Of a stretch of DNA of 64,000 nt, positions 1 to 18,693 are shown piece by piece; within the stretch, counting starts at the first letter, position 1, and every line of letters begins with the position of its first letter. This stretch comes from the human T2T-CHM13v2.0 reference genome, Homo sapiens: assembly GCF_009914755.1 (NCBI RefSeq), contig NC_060946.1; one strand, 5' to 3'. The notes under the pieces were generated by a model, which ran no database searches, was not told the DNA's origin, and worked only from the letters and a program-made list of their open reading frames with translations. Made by a program: the position numbers and the translations under genes.

Positions 1-85
1 AGCCCTGCATGCATTTGCTGTTTATCCAGATGCTCTCCCTTCCCCTGCCCCGACAGGCCCGAGTGTGTCTTGTTCTCTTCTCTAA
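1..85 (-). mobile_element. L1 3' UTR fragment
   Basis: gccctgcatgcatt...tgctctccct...cgacaggccc resembles an older primate L1 3' end. Confidence 0.55.
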
Positions 86-1114
86 CACCGTATATATCCT
101 AAGACCACTCCCTTGCTGATACAAATCTAAGTGATGGGTTGTGGGGGGCTCTATTCCCTGCTTTTGTCTGGAGAGCCTGCCTGGCCTCAGGTTCCTGATA
201 GGAGTGAGGACCTGGAGTGCACTGTGAGAAACAGATGGCTCAGTGAAGAACTGTCATCATCCACTGGAGTCCCTGGAAACAGCCGTATCATTTAGATGGT
301 GTGGGTTTGTGTGCATGAGGGTTGGGAGTTAGCTAGGGATGAATTAATGTGTAGTGATTGTGAATGTGTTTGTAAATGTGTGTTTTTCCCCTAAAATGTG
401 GACCCGCATGCCCAGCACAGTGCAAGTGTCAGTTTTCTTGAATTCCTGGCCTATGGTGGTCCTCTCACCTCAGCCTCCCGAGTCATGTCATTCTTCTAAT
501 AAAAAGGAAGAAAAACTTCAACACCACCATATACTTTACATAAATGACCTCTTTACTCCCTCACCACAGCTGTACCTGAAGGTCAGTTTAATATCCCTAC
601 TCCTTATATGGAGAGAGTGCAGAAAGGAATGAACCCAGATTTTGACCTCCTGAATGGAAAAGGCAAAAGTGAACCCAGAAATGGGTCCCGATGTTGATGG
701 TCTGTATTACTTAACTGTGTCAGCACTCAGGCTTGGTGATATGACCCTACACCAGGGAGTTCCAGCACCTATGTGTGCCCCTGGTAGTGGTAGTGGATGG
801 CCTATAAGCGTGCCAAACATTGCCCATCATCAAATGGGGCCCCATTGGTCACATAACCCTGGGTAGCAAAAGGTACACGGAACAATAGACGTTGGCATGG
901 ACATTACTGTGAAATATACATAGAAAGCCCACAGGCTTCTGGTCAGCTCACAGATTCTGAGAAGTGTAAGGGATCACATGGAATAGTGCAGGTCAACATC
1001 TGTCAGTGCTGCGATCATTCCTTAGCACTTGGTCAAAGCAGGGAAGGATCAGGAAGATATTGCATTGTATTTAGTAACATGAGTACCTCAAGCCTTAGAA
1101 ATGCTCCAATCCAT

Positions 1115-1415
<301 letters not shown>

Positions 1416-1613
1416 TCAGAACTCAGAGGACATTGTTGTTAGCCTGGTGCCCATCAATCTCACTGGAGACCTCCTGCATCGCTACGTTAGTGAGGCTTAG
1501 CGCTCACCATGTACTGATCCCCATGATGGACTGTCCCACTGTCGGGGGCTGGTGTGAGCATGAGCAGCCACTGACTCAATGGACGCACACAGTGTAAAGA
1601 AATGGAAGACATG

Positions 1614-1939
<326 letters not shown>

Positions 1940-2340
1940 TCACAGTTAGTACTCATATCTCTTAGACCCCTTCTGAGTAGGAGTGAACAGGACCTGGCCT
2001 TCCTGTCTGCCGAAAGCATGGCATGGACATCATCCTAAATGCCTCAAGAATGGAGTTTCATTGCTTTCTCTTGTCTTCTCCATCTGTATGTGATGATGGC
2101 AGTGACACCAGCAGAAATTGGTTGGGGGGCAGAACAGGAATCAGGTCCCTACTTCTCTGACACGGAGCAGACAGGACACAAATCAGCAGGGATGGACTTC
2201 AGGGTCAGGACACAGGTCCCAGGCCTGATCTTCCTGGGGCTGGGACAGATGAGTTTTTCTTTTTCACCTCTTCTGGAAGTCACTTGAGGAATGGTCCTTG
2301 AGGAGACACTGTTGACCAAGGGTTGTCTGGCCCAGAAATG

Positions 2341-2650
2341 TGTTTTTGTTGTTTTGTTTGTTTGTTTGTTTTGAGACAGAGTCTCACTCTGTTGCCCAGG
2401 CTGGAGTGCAGTGGCAGGATCTGAACTCTCTGCAACCTCCACCTCCCAGGTTCAAGTGATTCTCCTGCCTCAGCCTGCTGAGTAGCTGGAATTACAGACG
2501 TGCACCACCATGCCCAGCTAATTTTTGTATTTATAGTAGAGATGGGGTTTCTCCATGTTGGCCAGGCTGGTCTTGAACTCCTTCAGATGATCCACCTGCC
2601 TCAGCCTCCCAAAGTGCTGGGATTACAGGCGTGAGCCACTGTGCCTGGCT
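2341..2650 (-). mobile_element. AluS
   Basis: Full dimer, (TTTG)n tail. Confidence 0.95.
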
Positions 2651-2669
2651 GACGTGTTTCAACTGGACA

Positions 2670-2683
2670 GCGCCCCCTAGCAC
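2670..2683 (-). promoter_or_regulatory. Candidate CTCF site
   Basis: Minus strand GTGCTAGGGGGCGC; motif match only. Confidence 0.35.
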
Positions 2684-3278
2684 TGGGCCTGTAGCTGCAG
2701 CACTCCCGAGTAGCAGGGGAGGTGAGGAGGGACACGAGTGCCAGTGCACCATGAGCTCAGCAGAGGGATGGGGACTGATTCCAGAGTCCAGCTCATCCTT
2801 GCAACTCTTCTTAGAATCCAGAGTACATCAGTTTCCACTTATTTTATAGAAGGTTTGGAATCTTCAGTGTCAAAGTCTGTGTTGTGTCTTCCCACAGGGT
2901 GGATAGAGGAACCCTGGCTATGGGTGTTTTCTGCCAGGGCAGTGACTGTGTCTTCCTCATTAGTCCTTATCCCAGAGCTCAGTCCTGGGGCGAACATGTT
3001 AGGCCCCATGGGCATTGTAATGAACACATCCCTGGGATGAGTTCTAGGTCGCCTCTGGGGTGGGATCTAGCTTAGTTGTGGAAATGTTCCCTTCTCAGCC
3101 TGTCCAGCCTGTTGAGCCCTACACCAATCCTGGAGGCTGCCCCAGCTTCTGAGTCAGGGTCCCTGGAGATGAACTTGAGCTCCTGAGGACAGTGAGGTAC
3201 CCCTGCCCCTCGGTTCCTGCTGCGCTGATCCTGTCTAGACAGGCTGTGCAGGGCCACGCTCTTCCCCTGTGTGCACGT

Positions 3279-3292
3279 GCGCCCCCTGCTGG
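3279..3292 (-). promoter_or_regulatory. Candidate CTCF site
   Basis: Minus strand CCAGCAGGGGGCGC, consensus core; motif match only. Confidence 0.55.
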
Positions 3293-3388
3293 AATCCCTC
3301 TGGACCTGGATGTTGTCCTCATTGTTGTCATATCCCCAGCCCCACACAGTGACTGGCACTTGTGCAGATGCCCAGGAAGTAACCATAA

Positions 3389-3810
<422 letters not shown>

Positions 3811-3850
3811 CTCATTTAAATACATTGAAATATTTACAATTAAAAGTTCA

Positions 3851-4144
<294 letters not shown>

Positions 4145-5271
4145 TCAGAACCTCATCACAATAGCCACCGTGCAGTGGCCCAGCAGCCTTATGTTAATGA
4201 AGCGGAGAGATTTCCATCCCCGCAGAATGCTCTTTCACATCTGCTGTGAGCCTGGCTGAGGGACCGATTGTTGAACTCCTCTAACTCAAAGCGTGCACAT
4301 GAAAGTGGGAATCTCAGGGCTGTGAGATTGGAGGTGAGACCTGTAATGGGCCAGTGGAAGGAAAAAGTTGAAAGGTGGTTCCTTCAGTTTCTCTTTCTCA
4401 ATCGAAGGCTGGCAAGTGTGAGCAATGCCTTTTTACAGACCTCTGACTCCACAGAGACCACGGAGAGTCTGACAACACCGAGGAAAGGGCAGAGTGATGT
4501 GTAACCCAGTGTGGCCTCACCTGCAGTAGGAGGCTGGGCGAGTTGCTCTCTGGAATAACTTCTTGCAGAGTTTTTGTCTCTTAATGATTGGCCAATGGAC
4601 ACCATCCATGAGGGCAGCTGCAATGAGGCAGATCTGCAGGTAGAGAATGATACTCTAGGAGGATCTCTGGGAGCAGTTGGGTGACACCTGTTGGTTTGGA
4701 ACCTAGGAAAAGGGCAATGAAGTCAGAACCGAAGGAAATATGCGTAGAAGTCTGACTTGTTCCTTTTGTATTTTAGTAAGATAGAGATGAGACAATACAT
4801 GTCCATGGACTTTATGTGCTGTGTTTGTAACCATTTTTTTTCTTGCTCTGGTGTTTAATGGTTACCTTTCCACAAGACCAGTTTTTCCTATGTCACAGCA
4901 AACATCAAAGCCCTGATTTTTGATTGGTTAGTATCTTCTGGGACTTGGGAATGCAAGAGTCTTATTAGGTCTGGGCACTGGCTAAGATGCAAGGTATCTG
5001 GTGAGACTCCCTCATGCTCACTACTTGAACACAGTTGTTTCTCTGAGATGTCTCAATATCTTCAGTCCCACGCTCCATGTGCCGCATCCAGCAAGCTCCC
5101 TGAGGGACTCCCAGTCTCCAACCACCAGCGCACTGACATTAACTGCGTGTCCTTTTAGGTCCCCCTGAGGACCGCCTGAGTTTAAAACTTCTACCACCAA
5201 GTGAGGAAGACAATGATGACACCAAGGTAAGACTCCTTTCTTTGCCTTCTAAGGAAATGTTGCTTTCCTGA

Positions 5272-5863
5272 TGTCAGAAGCAAACTCACCCATCCACACC
5301 CAAAGAATGGACTCAGAGGCCTGCAGAACAGAAAAAGTGAGACTTTTAATGATGGTCTTGCAAGGTCGAGTGTCTGATGGGCAGACACACCCAGAACAAT
5401 TTCAACAAGCAGTTTATCCCCTAGTGTGCAAGTCCCTCCCCTGGTTCCTCAGAGGCTGCGTACTATGGGGTCACAATCTTCCCAGGTTGTCGCATATTGA
5501 TTGTTGGGTAGGAGCTTTAGGTTTTATTTTTATGGTTGTCTTAACTGCATTTTGTTGCAGCCCACAATGCATTGCAATCCTAGTCAGCTCAGGGGCTGTT
5601 CAAGTATTTGACTTATGACCTTAGTAGCTGGGCAGGCTGGTAAGAACAGACAAAGTGAGGTATTTTGCAGGCTAGTAAACTTTCAACTTAGACTAAACTT
5701 CTTTGTTCAAGTGATGGGAACTAAGTAGTGTGGAAGGGGGGCCCAACAAGCAGACATTGCCTGTCCAACCAGGAGCCTAGTATTTCTTCTGTACTTTTTT
5801 GACCTGAACCAGTTCAAGGCACTTTGTCTTAAAAATGGATCACTGTATACATTATTTCCTTAA
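5272..5863 (-). mobile_element. Solo endogenous retroviral LTR (probably ERVL class; family not assigned)
   Basis: 592 bp, TG at the left end, 5-bp TSD cctga at 5267-5271 and 5864-5868, minus-strand ATTAAA near 5345-5350. Confidence 0.75.
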
Positions 5864-7189
5864 CCTGATTTCTTTCCTTCTCAATTAATTTTCACTTAAT
5901 ATGATGAGGCATATAAAATACAAATACACAATTCTCTTTGTGAGGATGGAGTTCAGTGGGAATGTCTTCCCATCTAATACGTGACACACTAGGATGTTTT
6001 TAAATGACAGCATCCATCATCAACTGTAATGCAGAGGCATTTTCCTCCACACCAATTTTCCTCTTTGAATTAGGCATTGTGCATTTACCAATCTAAATCA
6101 ACTTCAAAGAAATTCTGTGGGAAAAGCTCTTGTCTTTTCCACAGGTGTCCTCCATGCTAGAATGTTTGCTCTTTGAACCTTGACTCAACCAGTTTCACAA
6201 CTAGTTTTCTGAAGTCATCAAGAGACTAACTGATCTGTGTAAGGGGTGCAGCAGAATTGATCTGATCCTCATAGAATCTTCTTTTGTCTCATTGCAGATT
6301 TTACCATCACCTATCCAGGGTACGTACTTTGAACTAACTTTCTGAGAAACAAACTTGCTGGCTTTAATATATAGAAACCTCAATCTGGGTTCCTATTAAA
6401 AATACTGGGGGTGTGGTGAGAGCAAATGATTCTGCAAGTGTATAGCTATGAGAAGAGGGGCTGTAGAAATGTGTGTGAACCAGAGGACCAACCAGGAGAT
6501 TTTGTGTGAGCCAGTGTGTCTTCACCTGGAGTAGAAGTGAGTGCACCTCTCACTGACTTATCCTCATGTTGTTGGTTCTGAAGAGTGGATTCTGGAGAAT
6601 CTCAGCAGGGAAGAGGATACCTTTCCAGGTAGGCAAGAAGACTTCAGGTGGGATCTAATAAAACAGCATTTCCAGCAACTTTCAGGTTATACCTGCTGCT
6701 TGGGAGGCTGAGGAGGGTGCAGAAAGAGAAAAAGTAAATAAAAGCTGTTTGTTCTTTTCAGAGTTTAATGTCATTGTGGTGAGAAGTACTATGTTTATGG
6801 GCTTTTGAGTATCCTGAGTTTTCGATCTCCTCTTCTTCATTATTTAAAGATGTTTCTGAGAACACCTGCTCTTTTCTGCCTCTGCCACTGCAAAATGTCT
6901 TTGGTTTGGGATGCAGTTCTGTCACAGGGAGTCACTTAATCCTGGAGACAGAATTCTTCTGCGGTGTGCCCAGATGCACAGGAGAAATGGATCCTCACCT
7001 TATGAACTGTTAGGTTTCATGGCAGCACATTCATTTGTCTGTGCTTGCTGTTTACCTCTGGTATCAAGACATCTCTCTGGGCATGGAGGACGGAATGAAA
7101 ATTCACTCTGGGCTCACTGCAGAAGCTCCAGTGTCTTGGAAATGGAGGGAGAAGCACAACCTTGAGCATATTGTCAGCATTCCATTTCT

Positions 7190-7630
7190 TCATGTGAATG
7201 AGAATATGCAGTTTTAGCATCATTTGTGGAAGAGGCTTTCCTTTCCTCATTGTGTATTCTTGGCACCTTTGTTGAAGATCAGCTGACTCTGTATGTGTGC
7301 ATTTAATTCTGGGCTCTCAATTCTATACTTATGGGTGCCCCCATGCTAGAAGCATGCTAAATTTTTTTTTTTTTTGTAAGTTTCCATCTCATGAATGTGT
7401 GTCCTCCAACAGTATTCTTTTTCAATGTTACCATGGTTATTTGAGCCACATAAAAATTCACTGAAGTCTTAGGATTATCTTTTCCATTTCTGCACAGAGG
7501 GCTGTTGCCAGTTTGATAGCAGTTGTTGTGAGTCTATAGATCATTGTGTAGTATTGTGTGTTAGTCATGTTTAGTCTTCCTATCCATGAATACGGTATGC
7601 CTTTCAACTTATTTGTACCTTCTTTACTTT
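7190..7630 (-). mobile_element. Old L1M ORF2 fragment
   Basis: Degraded match (ttggcacctttgttgaagatcagctg, tcttcctatccatgaa). Confidence 0.6.
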
Positions 7631-7687
7631 CTAGAATCTAGGTTGACAGCTAATAAGTTACATTTATCATGACTGATAAAAATCTGA

Positions 7688-7986
7688 TTTTTTTTTTTTT
7701 TTTTTTGCAATGGAGTCTTACTCTGTCACCATACTGGGGTGCAGTGATGTGCTCTCCACTCACTGCAACCTCAGCCTCCCGGTTTCAAGTGATTCTCCTG
7801 CCTTAGCCTTCTGAATAGCTGAGACTACAGGTGTATATCACCACACCCAGCTAATTTTTTTTATTTTTAGTAGACACGTGGTTTTACCATGTTGGCCAGG
7901 ATGGTCTCAATGTCTTGAGCTCGTGATCTGCTTGCCTCAGCCTCCCAAGGTGCTGGAATAACAGGCATGAGCCACTGCGCCTGGCC
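7688..7986 (-). mobile_element. AluS
   Basis: Full dimer with T tract. Confidence 0.93.
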
Positions 7987-9048
7987 AAATTTGTGATTTC
8001 TCATGCCAATATTTTGTATTTCTGAATGAACAGGCATAAAATAAAAAAATTTTTTATGTAAGCTAGTTAACCAAAAAATCACCCCTATACTCATGGATAT
8101 TTTTTCCTGAATTTGTTCATTTCTTCTGGTATACATTTCCTCATTTCAGTAGATCATGTGTATTTGAACCTGGAAACTTATCCTCCTGGCAGAAAGTGTT
8201 CAAAGTCACGTCTCTCAGCTTCACTGGTGTAGGCAGAGAAGGCTCTGTGAACTTGGCCTGTTTGAATGAAGCCTGATATTTAGGGAATCTCCTCAGGGAG
8301 AGTGACACAGAGTAGGTTTTGTGCACACACCCTGGTTCCAGAAGAAGACTTACAAAGAGGAACTCATGACTATTTTTAATTGTAGCATTTTAATATTTAA
8401 TTTTTAAAATGATCTTTACGGAAAAGAATGTGTGATTAATACAATAGAGTAAATTGGGTAAAATTGATCCATTTTACCAATAAAATAGGCTTTTAATTAA
8501 GTAATAAATCCTTTAAAAGAGATGGTGCATGTAGTACCAGCATAATTGGATTCTAGTGTACTGACATGATCTTGAATATGTTAAGAAAATGCTGTTGGTT
8601 TAGAAGAGTTTCAAAACATTTGAGAGGGAGGAAGGCACTCTTCCATTGACCCTTAGTGTGTGCTTTAGTTCCATTTGGGGTTGACTGTTTTGTGTTTCTG
8701 CATGATGCCTCTAGTACAAGGACAAGGCCCCCATGTCTCATGTCTTTCCTGCTCCCCTCCTCTGCCATCCCTCTTCCACCCAGGGGAATAGCCCAGCATC
8801 AACTCAGTCCATGCTATTTAATCAACCACCTCCTTACACCACATCCAGGAAAGCTCCCTGAGTGACTCACAGTCACAAACAACCAGGGCACTGATCTTTC
8901 CTCTGTGTCCTCCCAGCTTCTCTTGAGGACAACCTGACTTTAGTATGCCTACCACCAAGTGAAGATGATTGTGATGATGACAATGATGATGATGATGCCC
9001 AGGTAAGACCACCTTTCTTTGTCTTCTAAGGAAATGTTGGTTTTCTGA

Positions 9049-9123
9049 TGTGAGAAACAAACTCACCAGTCCAAACCTAAAGAATGGACTCAGGGAGCTG
9101 AAAAACAGTAACAGTGAGATTTT
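9049..9123 (-). mobile_element. Truncated paralog of the 5272-5863 LTR, cut by L1
   Basis: Aligns to 5272-5347, then ends at the L1 tail. Confidence 0.8.
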
Positions 9124-14018
<4,895 letters not shown>

Positions 14019-14203
14019 ATAATAAACATTTTAAAACATTTAAACATTTCAAACATTTCTATTTTTATTTACAGTAAAGTTTACTCTTTTTGGTGAAGCT
14101 AATAAAACCTAGTATAATTTTCTAAAAATTATTGACTCATGTAACTATCACAATTGAAATACAGAATATTTCCACCACCACCCCCAAATTTCTCTAAGCA
14201 CCC

Positions 14204-14485
<282 letters not shown>

Positions 14486-15448
14486 CTCAGCCTCCCACAG
14501 TGCTGGGATTACTGGGGTGAGCCCCTGCTCTCAGCCTCCCACAGTGCTGGGATTACAGGGGTGAGCCGCTGCTCTCAGCCTCCCACAGTGCTGGGATTAC
14601 AGGGGTGACCCACCTGCCTCAGCCTCCCACAGTGCTGGGATTACAGGGGTGAGCCGCTGCTCTCAGCCTCCCACAGTGCTGGGATTACAGGGGTGACCCA
14701 CCTGCCTCAGCCTCCCACAGTGCTGGGATTACAGGGGTGAGCCCCTGCTCTCAGCCTCCCACAGTGCTGGGATTACAGGGGTGAGCTGCTGCCTCAGCCT
14801 CCCACAGTGCTGGGATTACAGGGGTGAGCCCCTGCTCTCAGCCTCCCACAGTGCTGGGATTACAGGGGTGAGCCCCTGCTCTCAGCCTCCCACAGTGCTG
14901 GGATTACAGGGGTGAGCCGCTGCTCTCAGCCTCCCACAGTGCTGGGATTACAGGGGTGAGCCGCTGCTCTCAGCCTCCCACAGTGCTGGGATTACAGGGG
15001 TGACCCACCTGCCTCAGCCTCCCACAGTGCTGGGATTACAGGGGTGAGCCGCTGCTCTCAGCCTCCCACAGTGCTGGGATTACAGGGGTGAGCCCCTGCT
15101 CTCAGCCTCCCACAGTGCTGGGATTACAGGGGTGAGCCGCTGCTCTCAGCCTCCCACAGTGCTGGGATTACAGGGGTGACCCACCTGCCTCAGCCTCCCA
15201 CAGTGCTGGGATTACAGGGGTGAGCCGCTGCTCTCAGCCTCCCACAGTGCTGGGATTACAGGGGTGACCCACCTGCCTCAGCCTCCCACAGTGCTGGGAT
15301 TACAGGGGTGAGCCCCTGCTCTCAGCCCTTACGTTCCTTTTACATTCAAACCCTTTCTGTACCCCAACCATGGCAACCACTGGTCTCTTTCTGACCCTAT
15401 ACTGTTGATTTTTACAGAATATCACAGAAATGCAAACGTAAAGGATGT

Positions 15449-16666
15449 TGTGTCTGAAATTGGTGGGTTCTTGGTCTCACTGACTTCAAGAATGAAGCCG
15501 CGGACCTCTGTGGTGAGTGTTCTTAAAGATGGTGTGTCCAGAGTTTGTTCCTTCTGATGTTTGGACATGTTCGGAGTTTCTTCCTTCTGGTGGGTTTGTG
15601 GTCTCGCTGGCTTCAGGAATGAAGCTGCGGACCTTTGCAGTGAGTGTTACAGCTCATAAAGGCAGTGTGGAGCCAAAGAGTAGCAGATTGGTCCATTTTG
15701 ACAGGGTGCTGATTGGTGCATTTATAAACCTTTAGCTAGACACAAAAGTTCTCCAAGTCTCCACTAGATGAGCTAGACACAGCACGGATTAGTGCTTTTA
15801 CAAACCTTGAGCTAGACACAGGGTGCTGATTGGTGCGTTTACAAACTTGAGCTAGACATAGAGCACTGATCCGTGCATTTACAATCCTTTAGCTAGACAG
15901 AAAAGTTCTCCAAGTCCCCACCAGATTAGCTAGATACAGTGTGCTGATTGGTGCATCCACGAACCCCGAGCTAGACACAGAATGCTGATTGGTGCATATA
16001 CCATCCTCTGGGTAGACATATAAAAGTTCTCCAAGCCCCCACCAGATTCAGGAGTCCAGCTGGCTTCACCTCGTGGATCCCACACCAGGGCCACACGGGC
16101 GGAGCTGCCCGCCAGTCCTGTGCGTGTACATGCACCCCTCAGCCCTTGGGCAGTCGATGGGACTGGGCACCGCAGAGCAGGGGGCGTCGCCTGTCGGGGA
16201 AGCTTGGGCCGTGAGGGAGCCCACAGTGCTGGGGAGCATGCCTTGGGCATGGTGGGCTGCAGGTCCTGAGCCCTGCCCTGTGGGGAGGTGGCTGAGGCCT
16301 GGCAAGAATTTGAGTGTGGTGTGGATGGGCCGGCAGTGCTGTGGGACCCAGTGCACCCTCCACAGGTGCTGGCCTGGGTGCTAAGCCCCTCACTGCCACT
16401 CTGAGTGTCGGACCCACTGAGCCCACGCCCACCCAGAACGCATGCTGGCCTGTGAGCACCGCGAGCAGCTCTGGTTCCCGCCCGCGCCTCTCCCTCCACA
16501 CCTCCCCGCAAGCAGAGGGAGTCAGTTCCAGCCTCGGCCAGCCCAGAGAGGGGCTCACACAGTGCAGCAGTGGGCTGAAGGGTTCCTCAAGCGTGGTCAG
16601 AGTGGGCGCCAAGGCCAAGGAGGTGCCGAGAGTGAGCGAGGGCTGCCAGCACGCTGTCATCTCTCA
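15449..16666 (-). mobile_element. Solo LTR12 (ERV9) with 4-bp TSD
   Basis: tgtgtc...ctctca termini, TSD atgt at 15445-15448 and 16667-16670, tandem gctagacac..gattgg repeats. Confidence 0.96.
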
Positions 16667-16674
16667 ATGTGACC

Positions 16675-17492
16675 GTTTTTTAAATTAAACTTTTTATTTT
16701 GAGATTATTGTAGCTTCTCATGCAGCTGTGAGGAATAATACAGAGGAATCCTAGGTACTCTGGCCAGTTCCCTCAAGGGTAGGACCTTGCAGCTACAGTA
16801 ATGGATCAGAGCCAGGATACTGACATTGATACAGCAAGAAGGGAATGCTTCCCTCCCAAACATCCCTCATGTTGCCCTTTCACAGGAACACTCACTTCCC
16901 ACTGTCCCAAACCCCTCCTTAGCCCCTGGCAACTACTAATTTGGTCTCCACTTGTATAATTTTGTTATTTCAAGAATGTTCTGCACATGGAATCATACAG
17001 TATGTGACCTCTGGGGACTGGCTTTCTCCCACTCAGCATAGTTTTCTGGGTGTTCCTCCAGGTGGCTCAATTGCAACGTAGTTTTTTCCTTTTTAATGCT
17101 GACTAGGAGTCTAAGTATGTAACCTTCTGAGCCTGGCTTCCTGAGTTCAGTGTAACAATGTTGCAATTCATCCCAGTTGCCTTATGGATCAATAGTTTGT
17201 TCCCCTATTATTGCCGAGCCTGATTCCATTTATGAAGGTATGACACTTTGTTTAGCCATTCACCAGTTGAATGACAATTGGGTTGTTTCCACGTGTGTGC
17301 ATATGTGTGTGTGGTGGGTCAAACCAGATGTTTCTGCTTCTTGCCAGTGGTGAATAAAACCAGTATAAATATTTGCATTCAAATTTTTGTTTGAACATAA
17401 GTTTTCATTCCATTTGGATAAAAACCCAGGAGTAGGGTTTGCTTGATATGCATAAGCGTGTATTTATTAGAAATTGCCAAATGGTTTTCAGA
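16675..17492 (-). mobile_element. Old L1M (L1MB/MC-type) 3' fragments
   Basis: cccctggcaactactaat, atggaatcatacagtatgt, ttgggttgtttcca. Confidence 0.7.
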
Positions 17493-18202
17493 GGGGAAGC
17501 CTCCTATGGGGGTGGGGACATAGGAGTAGGGGAGGGTTCAGTTAATGCAGCCTCTGCCAGCCCAGCTGGGAAGTGGGCCTGTGTCCCAGCACCAAGGTGC
17601 TCAAGCCCCATGCCCAGACCTGAGCTAGATAGGGTCTCAAGATCACAGTCAAGGGACAGAAGCAGCATCTTCTGCTCCAGAAGCTTCTGTTCATGCAGGC
17701 CCTGCCTCCGCCTCAGGGCTCTGCAGGAACTGTTCAAAATGCTGGGTGCAGAGCTGTGGCCAACTGTGGGGCACAGCCAAGACACTCACAGCTCAGAGGG
17801 ACCCAGGGTGGGCTGGCCGAAGCTGGAAGTGGGTCCCTGCAGTTCATACCCCCCCCCAACCCCCACCCCACTGCCTCCAGACCCTGGACATTTCAGTGGG
17901 GCTGGGCCAGTTACAGGGAGGTAAAGGGAAATGGGGACCCTTCCAATTGCTGCCCTGGTTACCCTAAGGTCTTGAGTAGTGACAAGGAACTTGGCAGCAC
18001 AGCTGCCCCCAAGAGGCCTTCCAGGGTCCCTCCTCTGTGGACAGGACTTCAGACTGGACAGTTACTCATCTGTTTTTATCAGTCTGTCCATCCATATATC
18101 TGTCCATACACACACCCCCATCCTTCCACAAGCCCCCTGAGGCCTCCTGGGTCCTGACCTATATAGACCCTCAGCTCCTGATGTCCCAGGCAAGGCAGGA
18201 TC

Positions 18203-18310
18203 GGCCTAGCCCAGCCCCAGGTGAGACCTGGCCTAGCCCAGCCCCAGGTGAGACCTGGCCTAGCCCAGCCCCAGGTGAGACCTGGCCTAGCCCAGCCCCA
18301 GGTGAGACCT
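18203..18310. repeat. Perfect 4 x 27-bp tandem repeat
   Basis: ggcctagcccagccccaggtgagacct x4. Confidence 0.97.
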
Positions 18311-18614
18311 GAAGTGTGCCTGCTCATGCACCATGGGAGAAGGGGGCTGTGGCACTGGGGTCCCCTGGGAGTACTTGTCCCTGCTCTGACCCCATTTCAG
18401 GGATGCAGAAAAGAGGCCTCAGAGCAGAGTAAGGCCGAGTCAGGGCTACAGAGCCCGATGGCCACCCCTCCCCTGAACGGCTAGGAGGAGGGAGGGCAGC
18501 TGGCAAAGGCCTGCAGGAGCCCAGAGCGTGTTCTTCCAAGTGGAGCCTCTGCTGTGGGAGCCCCAGCCACAGGGTCAGACAAAGTGTCCTGCCCAAGCTC
18601 AGCCCTCATCAGCC

Positions 18615-18690
18615 CTTGAACTTGGGAAATTTGATTCCCTTCAGTGGGCCTCAGTTTCCTCATCTGTACGGGGGGTGATAACAGTCTCTC
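18615..18690. mobile_element. MIR core fragment
   Basis: gcctcagtttcctcatctgta. Confidence 0.7.
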
Positions 18691-18693
18691 TTC

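Larger units (their letters stand above)
5159..9002 (+). pseudogene. Multi-exon gene fragment, FAM230-family-like: exons 5159-5226, 6298-6319, 8917-9002
   Basis: Splice sites tttag|..aag|gtaaga, ttgcag|..cagg|gtacgt and cccag|..cag|gtaaga with compatible phases. Joined frame: PPEDRLSLKLLPPSEEDNDDTK-ILPSPIQ-ASLEDNLTLVCLPPSEDDCDDDNDDDDAQ. Family assignment is from recollection. Confidence 0.68.

Noticed and set aside
4521-4633. Minus-strand exon-like segment (ctgcag|...cag|gtgagg)
   Set aside because: No partner exons or recognisable product; plausible by chance.
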